A stretch of 64,000 nucleotides of DNA from a virus (Duplodnaviria > Caudoviricetes). Both the position numbers and the translations under genes were made by a program. Below are positions 40,679 to 50,989 of the stretch, in pieces. The stretch spans positions 165,449-229,448 of the IMG/VR virus record IMGVR_UViG_3300010346_000241; one strand, written 5' to 3'. Position 1 is the first letter of the stretch. Every line of letters begins with the position of its first letter. The notes beneath the pieces are model-generated. The model was not told the origin of the DNA, did not search any database, and was given only the letters and a program-made list of their open reading frames with translations.

Positions 40679-41737
40679 TTAGAAGCTGCTTCTTCCAAGA
40701 CCTGGAGTGAACTTAGAGCAGATGATTCTGTCTCTAGGAACTCCAAAGTCTTTCTCTCCTTGATAGGTATTGCGGTATATGAACTGTTCAAAACCAAATG
40801 GTTTGAAGATATTCACTACTCTGCTCATTTCATAGTCGTTTACATCCTTATCTGGATAGAAGTTTAGAGTAAGATTCATGAATCCATACCTTGTTATGAT
40901 GAACTCTACTATCTTATCATACGCTTTACCCTTACCAGCAATGTAAATCTGATTAGGAACCTGAGGTCCGACTACGTTATACTTGATTCCCAAGACATCA
41001 AATGGTCCTTCTGCGATGTGAAGTCCTATCGGCTGAAGAGGATCGATTGTTACGGGTAGCAAGTAGTAGTCATTTTCAACTCCTTCATTGAAGAGATTGT
41101 AGTTTACGTACTTCTTATCGATGCCTTCATACACTATTCCCTTCTCATACACAAGGTTTCTCATGTTGAGAGAGGCATTTGAACGCGATAGAAAGCCTAT
41201 GAAGTACTTATCAAGTTGCTGTACGATATTCTCGTGACGAGTGAAACTCTTAATCCATGGGTTTCCTCTATAGAGATCCCCTAGATTTAAGATAATCTTG
41301 TTATCGATACAGTCTTGGTAGGTTAGAGATAACCCTAACCTTTTATTGATATGTGCTAATTTCTGTTGTGTGAGTGGAGCATCTGTAATGAAGCTCCTAT
41401 TCACAGTATAGATTTTGTTAGAAGTACCATTGATAGTCTTTCGATGCTTGCTAGTACCTTTGTTAACCTCGTTAACGTCCTCTGGTACTGCTGTTGCTGT
41501 TCTGTACCTTTCAAGAAAGTCCTTATTGACCACTCCATAGAATGGCCTAGGGCATCTTTTACATTGATATTGAATAGGTTTATCTGAATCATCGAACGGA
41601 CCTATATAGAGATGTCTACTATGGTCATCACAGTTGTGACATCTACACACTATCTGCTTACCTCCAGAGGCAAGCTTAGCGTCTTCCATATTATAAAGAA
41701 GCCATTCCTTGAGTTCTTCTTTGGTCAATTGACTCAC
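40679..41737 (-). CDS. DNA primase (Zn finger + TOPRIM)
   Basis: CHNCDD..HLYIG..CKRC Zn finger; IAEGPFD and YPDKD TOPRIM motifs; KDFG. Confidence 0.85.
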   Translation of the reverse strand: MSQLTKEELKEWLLYNMEDAKLASGGKQIVCRCHNCDDHSRHLYIGPFDDSDKPIQYQCKRCPRPFYGVVNKDFLERYRTATAVPEDVNEVNKGTSKHRKTINGTSNKIYTVNRSFITDAPLTQQKLAHINKRLGLSLTYQDCIDNKIILNLGDLYRGNPWIKSFTRHENIVQQLDKYFIGFLSRSNASLNMRNLVYEKGIVYEGIDKKYVNYNLFNEGVENDYYLLPVTIDPLQPIGLHIAEGPFDVLGIKYNVVGPQVPNQIYIAGKGKAYDKIVEFIITRYGFMNLTLNFYPDKDVNDYEMSRVVNIFKPFGFEQFIYRNTYQGEKDFGVPRDRIICSKFTPGLGRSSF

Positions 41738-41958
41738 CTCTTCTTGTTACGAACATGAGAGTGCTTTTCATCATTAGTGAAAGTTCCTATAGCAAATATT
41801 TCGGCCTTACATGTAGGGCATTCGTCGTATGCAGGTATAGAATGTATTGTCCAATCCTCTTTATACTCATCTGAAAGCCATTCACAGCCACAGATGTCGC
41901 ATCTAAACTTCTTAAGTTTGCTGTTGTCTTTGTTTCCTGGTACTAAGATATGCCTCAT
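41734..41958 (-). CDS. Small Zn-ribbon protein
   Basis: CDICGC..CPTC; SD GAGGTG before ATG 41958. Confidence 0.7.
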   Translation of the reverse strand: MRHILVPGNKDNSKLKKFRCDICGCEWLSDEYKEDWTIHSIPAYDECPTCKAEIFAIGTFTNDEKHSHVRNKKR

Positions 41959-42018
41959 AATAATCACCTCTCTAAAAATAATAATCGGAGGAGATAGACT
42001 CCTCCGATTATTGTATCG

Positions 42019-42276
42019 TTACTCTTCTGGTTCTTCTGTATCTATAATAGGTCCGCCCTTCTTGTGGATAGATACTTCATATCCAAGAGCATCTGCATAC
42101 TTTAGGAGACTAGAAGCCATATAATCTCCCTTACCACTCTCTATATAAGAGACAGTAGAAGCAGAGATATCTGCAAGGTTTGCGGCTTCTTGCTGTGTAA
42201 GTCCCTTAGCTTTGCGTGCCTTACGAAGTTTGTCTCTCAGAAAACCATCCTGGATCTCCTTTTCGATATCATCCAT
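42019..42276 (-). CDS. XRE-family HTH transcriptional regulator
   Basis: LRKARKAKGLTQQEAANLADISASTVSYIESG; start revised to ATG 42276. Confidence 0.85.
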   Translation of the reverse strand: MDDIEKEIQDGFLRDKLRKARKAKGLTQQEAANLADISASTVSYIESGKGDYMASSLLKYADALGYEVSIHKKGGPIIDTEEPEE

Positions 42277-42508
42277 TATTGTATACCTTCTTTTCTTCTG
42301 CATCGAGATAAAGCTTTACTCCTTCGAGCACTTCAAGGTTATTACGAACCACGTTGATACTCTTGAGAAGATTATCTATCTCACTGGAACGAGTGGATGT
42401 AAACATCACGCTCTTGTTAGTATCCTCCTTAAAGGAGTTTGCGAGTTCGATGAAGAGTCTGTTATACTCCTCCCGATTCTCGTAGATTCTTTTTGAAAGT
42501 TCATCCAT
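42269..42508 (-). CDS. Small hypothetical protein
   Basis: Start revised to ATG 42508 (SD AAGGAGG). Confidence 0.65.
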   Translation of the reverse strand: MDELSKRIYENREEYNRLFIELANSFKEDTNKSVMFTSTRSSEIDNLLKSINVVRNNLEVLEGVKLYLDAEEKKVYNNG

Positions 42509-43787
42509 TGTAAGCACCTCCTTCAAATGGTTTAATGGGCATGTTTGTAAGCGCTATAGGAAGATGTAGTGTAAACACATCATCAAGACCTACATCCTCT
42601 ATAGTATCATCATCGAGCACTTCGATATCTGTATGATTGGATATCTCCACACATACACTTGTGATTACATCTTTGACTAGCTTCATAATATCAGACGGTG
42701 TTATCTTCTTAAACGGGAAGATAGGCACAGCGATAGACTTCACTACATGAGGAAGATCAAGCTTCTCATTAGCCAGAAGTGCTTTAACCGACCCAGCCTC
42801 GTTAATAGCAGTTATAATGTCAGAGTATGTGAGGATTTTGGCTGGATGTCTTTGAATAAGAATCTCTATAAGACATGTAGGATCCATCACAATCAGAATC
42901 GGTATGTTAATGATTTCCTTTGTGCTGCTCTTGATCAGCATGTACATAGAAGCTATAAGGTTTCTCATAACATGCTCCGATCCAACAAGATACTCGCATC
43001 TATCTTTGAATAACTCTTCGATAGTAGCATTCTTGTTGAATATATCTACTGCTGTCTGCATAGTCTTGCACTCAAATTGCTTCGTGATAAGTTCATCTCG
43101 CTCTTCATTTCCACTAGATGCTTCCTTATACCATTCTACTATCTCAGCGTTAAGAACAGTGTCTTCGTCGAAATTGACGATGTCTTCACTCATTCCAGCC
43201 TTCATTATATTCTTAGCTATCTCCATAGCAATATCCTTAGAAGCATCTTCTGGAACGAGATCGACTTTTGAATTGGTGATATCTGGTTTGATGTCTCTGG
43301 GGTCTTCATCATCTGTAGCATACTTGTGGAACCTGTCGATGAATACATCTCTTGCTCCAGTCTCCATTTCTCCAGCGATAAATCTCTTAACCTTGCTCAT
43401 GATATAGAGTATATTGCTCTTAGCGAATGAAGTTACATCAAGCATCTCATGCTTTTCCTGATCAGACCTGATGTAATGCTCTAGTCTCTGACTCATAACA
43501 TCAAGAAGATCAAATACCGTGCCGAGTTTGTTTACGTCATTCTCGCTGAACCTTACTCTCGGATAGGATCTCTCTACTATAACGTACGGAGGGTTCCTTT
43601 CATCCATCTGTATAGCATAGAGATACTTGTTTGGAATTACTATCTTCTTCTCTGGATTCATTTGAACCAATATAGTACTCTGATTACGCTCTACCTTGAG
43701 TACAGTTCCTACAGTAGATTCTTTATCTCTCAGTTCAAGTTTATCCTCTGGGTCGATAAGTACGACCTGTCCTATCTTTGGTCTCAT
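42501..43787 (-). CDS. Hypothetical protein with a KOW/SH3-like N-terminus
   Basis: 428 aa; SD AGGAGG; IGQVVLI..VGTVLKV. Confidence 0.7.
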   Translation of the reverse strand: MRPKIGQVVLIDPEDKLELRDKESTVGTVLKVERNQSTILVQMNPEKKIVIPNKYLYAIQMDERNPPYVIVERSYPRVRFSENDVNKLGTVFDLLDVMSQRLEHYIRSDQEKHEMLDVTSFAKSNILYIMSKVKRFIAGEMETGARDVFIDRFHKYATDDEDPRDIKPDITNSKVDLVPEDASKDIAMEIAKNIMKAGMSEDIVNFDEDTVLNAEIVEWYKEASSGNEERDELITKQFECKTMQTAVDIFNKNATIEELFKDRCEYLVGSEHVMRNLIASMYMLIKSSTKEIINIPILIVMDPTCLIEILIQRHPAKILTYSDIITAINEAGSVKALLANEKLDLPHVVKSIAVPIFPFKKITPSDIMKLVKDVITSVCVEISNHTDIEVLDDDTIEDVGLDDVFTLHLPIALTNMPIKPFEGGAYNG

Positions 43788-43847
43788 TCTGAGTCCTCCT
43801 TTTCTATAATAAAGGACAGAGAGAAGATCTCTCTGTCCATAATTTAC

Positions 43848-45527
43848 TCATACCATAAGTTCATACAGTAAGAACTCTTCTACGATTCTGTAGGTTATAG
43901 CAGAGTTGATGATTATCGGCTGACCATTATACTCATCACCTTTTCTTGTGACAGGATCATAATGAATCAGCTGAAAGTCTGATGAAATAATAGCGGCAAA
44001 GTCAGCCTTAATACGAGCAAGTATAACCTGGTTGTCCATATACTTGTGTCTTATTGCTGCCCAATGCTCACTGCTTGTAAGCATATCTTCATGCTTCTTA
44101 CTAAGAACCGTTCTAGTTGAGAGCTTCACTACTCTTCCAGCGATAATCTCAGGAAGGATACAGAAGTTCTGAGCTATGAGATTCTTCTTGGCGGATATCA
44201 TAAGCTCGATATACTCATCGAGATTGATAGTCTTCATAGGAAGTACTGATCCAAACAGCTTTCCGAAGAAGTTTGTTATAAGCTTATACTGGAAAGAGTT
44301 GATGACGGGTTTAGCACCTCTTCCGAGTTCTATCTTATAAAAGTTCAACTGATCCTGTGTGAATGGACCATAATGACTTTCGATGTTCCTCATAACTGTA
44401 TAAGCTACTGCGGTGTTATGTAGGAACTTAGCTTCATCAGCCTTACCAAGTGTAGCCTCAAACTTGTCAAACTGAGAAGTGGAATCTTCGCCATCTCTCT
44501 TAGAGGAAGATAGTGGAACCAAATCATATTCATACGCTATTCCAACAGCATACTGGATAGCAGTATTTCTGATTGAGGTGAAGTTATACATAACCATGTT
44601 CTGGTTATACTTATACTTAGGCATTACCTGAAGTACAAGGGTGTCTACAGCGTCGAGAGAGTTGACAGAGATATCCATACCTCTAATCTCACTCTTATCC
44701 CAGAGGTCTTTATTGGTTCTCTGGTCTCTGGCGATTGTAGTGTTGGCTGTCTCAAACAGCTTAGCTTTCAGATCTACAGTATTGATGTAACGATCAAAGA
44801 GGAACTGATAGATTGTCTGAAAGAGCTCATCGATCTCCTGGGTTGAAGTCGTCTTCTGTTTATAAACGAAGTGACTAATAAGAGGAATGAGCATGTTCAT
44901 GAACACAGAGATCTCCATGAAGATCTTACCATGTGTATCATTATACTGAAGAGCCTGGTTTGTGTTGTTCTTGTAGTTAAGCTTGAGCGAGTAGTTATCC
45001 TCGTTCATCTTAAGTACTTTAGCACACATACTGCTTCCGAGAATATAACGACGGATATCGAGTATAAACTCTTCTTTCTTGTACGGATGTTTCTCACCAG
45101 TCATAGTAGTGAGTCCGAAGTCAATCATGTGCTTTATGCGCACATAGTGACCAGCAAGTTCTTTATCAGGATCATAGAACCTGCAGAAGTAGTTGAGATA
45201 GTGACAGATATGCTGACGCAGATCATCACCATTGTAACACCTCTTAGGAGTTACCATAAAGGAGTTCACGTTAATTGTGTTTGGATCTGCTGGGTTCATT
45301 CCAAAGAACTCAGAGATCGTCGGCATAACTATAGCATTCTTTATCGTGTAGAACACTATGTCATCTTCTGATGGTAACCAGTTATCGATGGCCACCCAAT
45401 GTGGCACTTCGAAGTACTGATTAAACAAATCATATACGGCTTGTTCGTCATTGTTGATTCCTACTACAGCATACTTTTGTGGGTAAAGAAAGTTGTAGTA
45501 GTCATGGGTGTTGTTTGGCTGTATCAT
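43848..45527 (-). CDS. Sigma-like promoter-specificity subunit of the non-virion RNAP (AR9 gp226 / phiKZ gp68-like)
   Basis: LQVMPKYKY..MVMYNFTSIRNTAI resembles sigma regions 2.3-2.4; PLSSSKRDGEDSTSQFDKF resembles the sigma finger; early-type promoter at 45580-45589; two genes from GroEL. Confidence 0.55.
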   Translation of the reverse strand: MIQPNNTHDYYNFLYPQKYAVVGINNDEQAVYDLFNQYFEVPHWVAIDNWLPSEDDIVFYTIKNAIVMPTISEFFGMNPADPNTINVNSFMVTPKRCYNGDDLRQHICHYLNYFCRFYDPDKELAGHYVRIKHMIDFGLTTMTGEKHPYKKEEFILDIRRYILGSSMCAKVLKMNEDNYSLKLNYKNNTNQALQYNDTHGKIFMEISVFMNMLIPLISHFVYKQKTTSTQEIDELFQTIYQFLFDRYINTVDLKAKLFETANTTIARDQRTNKDLWDKSEIRGMDISVNSLDAVDTLVLQVMPKYKYNQNMVMYNFTSIRNTAIQYAVGIAYEYDLVPLSSSKRDGEDSTSQFDKFEATLGKADEAKFLHNTAVAYTVMRNIESHYGPFTQDQLNFYKIELGRGAKPVINSFQYKLITNFFGKLFGSVLPMKTINLDEYIELMISAKKNLIAQNFCILPEIIAGRVVKLSTRTVLSKKHEDMLTSSEHWAAIRHKYMDNQVILARIKADFAAIISSDFQLIHYDPVTRKGDEYNGQPIIINSAITYRIVEEFLLYELMV

Positions 45528-45591
45528 GTGTATATATCCTCCTTAACCAGAGCGGTATAGTGATGCTCTGGGCTCATCTATAGTATATAAT

Positions 45592-46374
45592 CTATCTCCT
45601 CTTTGTAGTCTTAGAGGTTCGAGTATTCTTTATAGCGGAAGATGACTTGGAAGTCTTGGTGATCTTTGAGACTACTGGTATATGAGAGAGGCCATTACCA
45701 ATGAATCTTGATGAAACCACCTTAGGCTTAAGCTCCTCTTTCCCCGTAGGAGTTACTTTCCTTTTCTGTTCATCAATAAACTTATTCTTTTCTCTATCCT
45801 TATCCTTATATGAGAGGACATTCCTAGCGAATCTATTAGCTCCTCCAGCAGTGGCTTTTCTGTCGAGGATCCCCTTGTCGAATAGATTATCCTTTTGCAT
45901 TGTCAGATACGCAAAGTAGATACTCTGTACATATCCTACAGCATTGTCTGGGTTACGAGTGTTTGCTTTAGTTGCCTTCACCTGTAGTGTCAGCTTCTTC
46001 TCAAACTCTGGTATAATCAGACCATGAGAATAGTAAGCATGAGCATGAGTGAAGTTGAAGTTAGGATCGTTTGAATAGAACCTAACTGTATATGTCTTTA
46101 GGTTTCCCTTAGTAGGTGTGTCACCTGGGTTGAGTTCTACTACTGTATCATAACAGAACCCCTTAGTAGAGTTTGACGGGATGTGGAAATGGATGTAGTA
46201 TATATCAGATGCAGTCCTATAGACCTCATACTTCACTAGACCATCTCTAGCTACTAGGGCATCATACTTAGTCTGATAGAACTGGGCGGTAGTATCTCTA
46301 GGGGTGTTAATTGACGAACCCTTACCCGAAGGGTTCTTAATATACTCATCAAATGTGAGCTTCAGTTTACTCAT
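45592..46374 (-). CDS. Hypothetical protein with a basic C-terminal tail
   Basis: Start revised to ATG 46374 (SD GGAGG); late-type promoter at 46399-46410. Confidence 0.75.
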   Translation of the reverse strand: MSKLKLTFDEYIKNPSGKGSSINTPRDTTAQFYQTKYDALVARDGLVKYEVYRTASDIYYIHFHIPSNSTKGFCYDTVVELNPGDTPTKGNLKTYTVRFYSNDPNFNFTHAHAYYSHGLIIPEFEKKLTLQVKATKANTRNPDNAVGYVQSIYFAYLTMQKDNLFDKGILDRKATAGGANRFARNVLSYKDKDREKNKFIDEQKRKVTPTGKEELKPKVVSSRFIGNGLSHIPVVSKITKTSKSSSAIKNTRTSKTTKRR

Positions 46375-46589
46375 ATGGTACACCTCCATTATATAGGTTA
46401 TAGTAAAGTTAGACGTTTAGTAAGACTTGATTGGGGAGAATGGGTAGGGAGATAACTCCCTACCCACCTCTTCGAATGGTGTTGAAAGGACACTAACCCC
46501 AACGATACCCACACATGTCCAAGAGAGGGATATCTGAACAGGTACCCTAGTTTCAACTCATCAGTACCTTATGGGTCGGAGTATGCCAC

Positions 46590-48320
46590 TCAATACTTGT
46601 TGATATTGAGATTAGACATCTGGAACTGGTTAGCAGTAACCATCAGTGAGATGATCTTTGAGATACTGTTGAGTACACAAATATCAGTATCGATAGAGGA
46701 GAGAACGTTCTCACCCTTCTCACCAGTTCTTACATCGAACGGACAATCCTGTTCAAGGGATTCGATAACCTTACCCTCAGGATCATCCATATATCTGTAG
46801 AGATGCTCAGAGATTTCCTTATATGCTTCATAGAAGCACTTAACGATTTCCTCCTTGAGAGAACCATCGTCGAGCGATACATCCATGAGAGCCTTGAATG
46901 CTCTGAGTCCTTCGAAGTTAGCACCGTAGCCGACACCCTCATTTACTGCTGAACGGCAGTTGAGAACAGCGTCTTCAACAAGGTCTCTTACCTGATCTCT
47001 GTCAGCGATAGTGATACCGCCTACGTAGAGTTCTACCATGTTACCGAGAAGTGAGTTTTTCTGCTTCTTGTACTGATAGATCTTGAGAGACTCGTTATGC
47101 TGCTTCTCGAGCTCAGCGATACGAGCATCGAGATCATTCAGAACTGCATTGAAGACGTCTGTATAAGTACCATCTTCATTCTTGTAGTTCTTAGGATCGA
47201 TAAGCTTTGTAGAGAATGCACCAGACTCTACGCAGCCTGCAGTACCATACCACTCCCATACATTCTTAACTGAAGGAGCAGTGCCGTTCTTCTGGTCTCT
47301 CGCTTCAGCTTTAGCGTCGTCATACTTATTGATAGTAGGAACTCCGCAGAGATTGAGTATGTTCTTCAGATATACCTTATCAGTATCCGTAACACCAGTG
47401 ATGATGTTGAGCGGGATAGTGTTAGGAAGGTTAGCCTGAGTGAACTTAGCACAGTAGTTCATTACAACCTCAAGAGTACGAGCATAGTCTCTTACGATCT
47501 TAGGAGCAATGATAACTGTAGGAATGATCTGAGGAATCTCATTGTTGTTAGGACGATTGCTGTTCATCTCATTGATCGGATTGATGATGTTGTGAGCAAT
47601 GATTGTATCAAACAGCTCGCCGTAGTTTACTGTATCAATAGGATCTTCGAAGTAGTAGATACGAGGATTCTCAAGTCTGTTTACAGACTTTTCAGGCATG
47701 TTGATGAAACATGCATCGTGGTAACCACAGTCGAAGAACATGCCGTCGTATGTCTTACGAACGAACTCCTCTCCAGAGCCAGCCATAACGTCGATGTATG
47801 CATTAAGACCAAGGTCTTCGTGAACCTTAACGATCTCTTCTGTAAGCTTCTCATCATTGTTTGTAGAGATGAGTGAGATCTTGCGGATATCGTCAATGGT
47901 AACCTCTCTGCCGTGAGCCTTGATAATAGTAGATGCAGCATCTACTACTTCCTTAAGAGCTCTTACGATATCTGCAGGGGGAGTTTTTGAGAAACGCTCA
48001 TCGATTTTTTCAGTGAGCTTCTTGAATACGAGATAAGAAAGGATAGTAACAGAGGTTGTAGAGTCGCCGACTCTCTTAGCTTGTGCTCTTGTTTCCTCTT
48101 CGATATCTGCAAGAACTGCCTGTTCGATCTCACCGCCGAACTTGATTGACTTAAGAATTGTATGACCATCCTTAGTGTAACGAGGATAGCCTTCTTTCTT
48201 GTACTGGATAGTGTTTGAACCATAAGGTCCAAATGACTGAGAAAGATAATCGTAGAGAGCTTCAAGTGTTTCGAGCTGAACTCTTCTAAGGACATCCTTC
48301 TTGACTATATTGCTTGTCAT
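46590..48320 (-). CDS. groEL: Phage-encoded GroEL-like chaperonin
   Basis: SFGPYG, TKDGHTIL, VGDSTTS, YVGG, VEDAVLNCRSA..EGVGYG. Confidence 0.9.
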   Translation of the reverse strand: MTSNIVKKDVLRRVQLETLEALYDYLSQSFGPYGSNTIQYKKEGYPRYTKDGHTILKSIKFGGEIEQAVLADIEEETRAQAKRVGDSTTSVTILSYLVFKKLTEKIDERFSKTPPADIVRALKEVVDAASTIIKAHGREVTIDDIRKISLISTNNDEKLTEEIVKVHEDLGLNAYIDVMAGSGEEFVRKTYDGMFFDCGYHDACFINMPEKSVNRLENPRIYYFEDPIDTVNYGELFDTIIAHNIINPINEMNSNRPNNNEIPQIIPTVIIAPKIVRDYARTLEVVMNYCAKFTQANLPNTIPLNIITGVTDTDKVYLKNILNLCGVPTINKYDDAKAEARDQKNGTAPSVKNVWEWYGTAGCVESGAFSTKLIDPKNYKNEDGTYTDVFNAVLNDLDARIAELEKQHNESLKIYQYKKQKNSLLGNMVELYVGGITIADRDQVRDLVEDAVLNCRSAVNEGVGYGANFEGLRAFKALMDVSLDDGSLKEEIVKCFYEAYKEISEHLYRYMDDPEGKVIESLEQDCPFDVRTGEKGENVLSSIDTDICVLNSISKIISLMVTANQFQMSNLNINKY

Positions 48321-48345
48321 GGTGGTGTTTCCTCCTTTGAATTGA

Positions 48346-49041
48346 TTATTGATTAGTTTTCTCTTTAGAAAGAGATTCGAGTGTAGTATGATCGTACACC
48401 TCTACAAGTATAGGATAGTTCCCTTCCTTCATCAGAGCCATTGCATACTCTGCATTAGGAACAGGAGTTCCATCAGTATCACGGGTGATATTGAACTCAT
48501 AGTTCTGGAAGAATAAAGTCTTCTTCTCAAGCTTGTAAGGGAGTGCAAAGACATCTCTGATGTCCTTAAACATGAACGCATTGAAGTCTTTGGGATCTAT
48601 AGAGTCGTAGCCGATTACAGTGTTGAAAGACTTGCTACGTCCCTCTATCAGTCCCTTCTCTGTTTCATCTTTGCATACTACAGTTACATCGAACGAACTA
48701 TGCTTTTGCATCATGTAGATGAGCTTACTGGTTCCAGTAAGAGTAATATACTTGAAGATGTCGTAGTCGTTGTTCTTGTAAATGTCGTCGAGGATCTGTT
48801 CGATATTCTCTCTATCCATAGCCTCTTCAGGAATACAGATAGTCAAAGGATTAGCATCCTTACGCTTCACAAGAGCGTTCCTAAGTTGTGCAAGGGAATA
48901 ATGCATAACTTCCTGATCCACATAGTCTGGATGATTATAGTTGAACTGGAAGATCTTCATGATCGTGAGGTCGTAGTCAAGAATACACTTAGCATCAACA
49001 ACCATGTTTGTGATCTTCTGTTGGTGGGCTTTGCTGTCCAT
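48346..49041 (-). CDS. Hypothetical protein, possibly a degenerate HAD-like fold
   Basis: 231 aa; N-terminal MVVDAKCILDYD. Confidence 0.65.
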   Translation of the reverse strand: MDSKAHQQKITNMVVDAKCILDYDLTIMKIFQFNYNHPDYVDQEVMHYSLAQLRNALVKRKDANPLTICIPEEAMDRENIEQILDDIYKNNDYDIFKYITLTGTSKLIYMMQKHSSFDVTVVCKDETEKGLIEGRSKSFNTVIGYDSIDPKDFNAFMFKDIRDVFALPYKLEKKTLFFQNYEFNITRDTDGTPVPNAEYAMALMKEGNYPILVEVYDHTTLESLSKEKTNQ

Positions 49042-49056
49042 AGTATTACCTCCTTG

Positions 49057-49569
49057 TCATTTTACAGTTATGTAAAGCTGATACGATTGAGACTCTTCAG
49101 ATATATGAGTTATTGTACTGTGCTGTAAGAAAGCATCAATTTTATCTGGCTTGACATCTGATAGAACTTCATCGTAAGCATGGTCTACTCTTACATATGA
49201 TCTTGTATGAAGCATACTGTCGTTATACACTTCAAAGTCGTAATGATCGTACACACTACCAGCTATACTTTCTATAAAGTCTATGAAGTCAGATAATGGT
49301 CTTCCTACGAAGTTGGCATTAAGCTGATCTTCATTCTCTTTAATGTATATAGTAATCATGTGCTTTTCAGTTGAATCTATAGCAACAACTTCACTTTCGT
49401 TAAAGTAACTAAGAATCTTTTCATCTGCTATAGGCACTCCGTCCCATAACGTGTTGGTGCAAAGGTCTTCTCCGTACATTCTTTCATATGTACTGATGAA
49501 GAAGTATACCTCTTCATTCTCTTTACCCTTACATGGTTTGAGTAAAGGGATTACGTCTTTAACTTTCAT
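49057..49569 (-). CDS. Hypothetical protein
   Basis: 170 aa ORF with SD AGGAGG. Confidence 0.7.
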   Translation of the reverse strand: MKVKDVIPLLKPCKGKENEEVYFFISTYERMYGEDLCTNTLWDGVPIADEKILSYFNESEVVAIDSTEKHMITIYIKENEDQLNANFVGRPLSDFIDFIESIAGSVYDHYDFEVYNDSMLHTRSYVRVDHAYDEVLSDVKPDKIDAFLQHSTITHISEESQSYQLYITVK

Positions 49570-49581
49570 CCAATCCCTCCT

Positions 49582-50103
49582 TTAAGGTATATAGATATCG
49601 CCATGAGTTCTAGTAACTATCTGAGATAGATACTTTAGGCTTGTAGTTGTTATAGTCATCTCTTTGATTGTATCTATTATCTCTTCAAACTTGACCTTCT
49701 TAACCCTAACATAGAATCCAGATGATAATCCTGTATAGTAGAGTTTGGTGATGATGTAGTCGTCTGGATAGTATGGCACTTTAGTATCACCTTCCCAGAA
49801 GAATATATTTCTACGGTCTTCGTCATACAGCGATATAGTGTCATACTTATACTTCTCGTTCTTATGCATCGCCATGTACTCCATAAAGAACGTTATTGGG
49901 CATCCTTCGAATACAGAACAAAGTTCTTTGGTCTCACTATCGGCGAACCAATAGTGATGCATCTCTTTAAGTTCTTCGAACCTCTCGTTCATACATAGAT
50001 AATCGACGATCTCATCTCGTGTCATACCCCTGTATTTACGCTTAAGTTCTTCCTCTCTGGTTAGAGGTTTTCTTTTGATCTTAGCGAGTATTCTCTTAAA
50101 CAC
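49582..50103 (-). CDS. Hypothetical protein
   Basis: Probable GTG start at 50103 after GGGGTG; hairpin 50129-50154 separates it from the upstream gene. Confidence 0.65.
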   Translation of the reverse strand: MFKRILAKIKRKPLTREEELKRKYRGMTRDEIVDYLCMNERFEELKEMHHYWFADSETKELCSVFEGCPITFFMEYMAMHKNEKYKYDTISLYDEDRRNIFFWEGDTKVPYYPDDYIITKLYYTGLSSGFYVRVKKVKFEEIIDTIKEMTITTTSLKYLSQIVTRTHGDIYIP

Positions 50104-50158
50104 AGTATCACCCCATTTCAAAGAGAAGGATAGGGATGTTTTCACATCCCTATCGCTA

Positions 50159-50989
50159 TTATACGTCCATTATAAGGTCCTGGTAGTCCTCTACTTCTTC
50201 GATCTTGTCACTGTTACGACCAAATGAAGATGATGTAGACTCATTGCCGTTGTTTGAGAAGAATGCTGATGCATTAGACTTTCTCTTGTATCCACTTCCA
50301 GTGTCGATGCCAAGGTTCTCCTGAATGCTTGTCAGCTTGCTGATGATGCTGTTGAATGAGAACCTTGTAGCGTCAACTACTGTAGCTGCAACCGCACTGC
50401 TGTTGCCGTTAACGTACTGAGCAATTGTATTGGTAAAGATATCATAATCAAGGAACTTTGTGTACTCATAGTCCTTGGTGAAGTCTGTACCACCCTTATA
50501 GTCGATGATACCGAAGTTATCCTTATCGGGTGTAGTCTTGAACTGATATCCGATTTCAGAATCGATGTTACCCTTCTCATCAAGGCTCTTTACGATAAGG
50601 AAGAGTCCATTACCGTCCTGTCCTTCGAACTCCTCTGCGCCGTTGGTTACATAGATGATAGAGTTACCTGCAGTAACACCTACGTTAACGTAAGCATTTG
50701 GATCCTTTCTGAACTGTCTGAGATAATTGAGGAAGAGAGCAGCTCTGGTGGGAGTGAGGTATACTTCTATGGAGTTATCCTTATCGAAGCTGTAACCTCC
50801 GTCTGCACCCTTCTTGATGGGGGTGATTGTTATCCTGAGCATTCCCTTCCAGAATGAAAAGGATACGGATGTAGGATCTACAGTAGAGTCAAAGTTAGAG
50901 ATCCTGATGTTTGAGTAGGTTGTAGGAGAGAAGTCGTTCTTCTTTCCATTTGAATTGCCCTTGTTATAAGAGTTATTACCGAGTGGCAT
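50159..50989 (-). CDS. Putative single-stranded DNA-binding protein
   Basis: Aromatic beta-rich core (VSFSFWKGMLRITITP), N/S/G-rich linker, acidic C-terminus EEVEDYQDLIMDV; start revised to ATG 50989 (SD AAGGAGG). Confidence 0.5.
   Translation of the reverse strand: MPLGNNSYNKGNSNGKKNDFSPTTYSNIRISNFDSTVDPTSVSFSFWKGMLRITITPIKKGADGGYSFDKDNSIEVYLTPTRAALFLNYLRQFRKDPNAYVNVGVTAGNSIIYVTNGAEEFEGQDGNGLFLIVKSLDEKGNIDSEIGYQFKTTPDKDNFGIIDYKGGTDFTKDYEYTKFLDYDIFTNTIAQYVNGNSSAVAATVVDATRFSFNSIISKLTSIQENLGIDTGSGYKRKSNASAFFSNNGNESTSSSFGRNSDKIEEVEDYQDLIMDV

Noticed and set aside
46545-46570. Hammerhead ribozyme core (CTGATGA..GAAA on the minus strand)
   Set aside because: Only 3 nt separate the two core motifs, so stem II is missing, and no convincing stem I/III with a cleavage triplet is present.
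46590-48320. Host chromosomal origin suggested by groEL, rpoC-like and ABC genes
   Set aside because: The genes are highly divergent or split, and are interleaved with terminase, baseplate and lysin genes under phage-type promoters.
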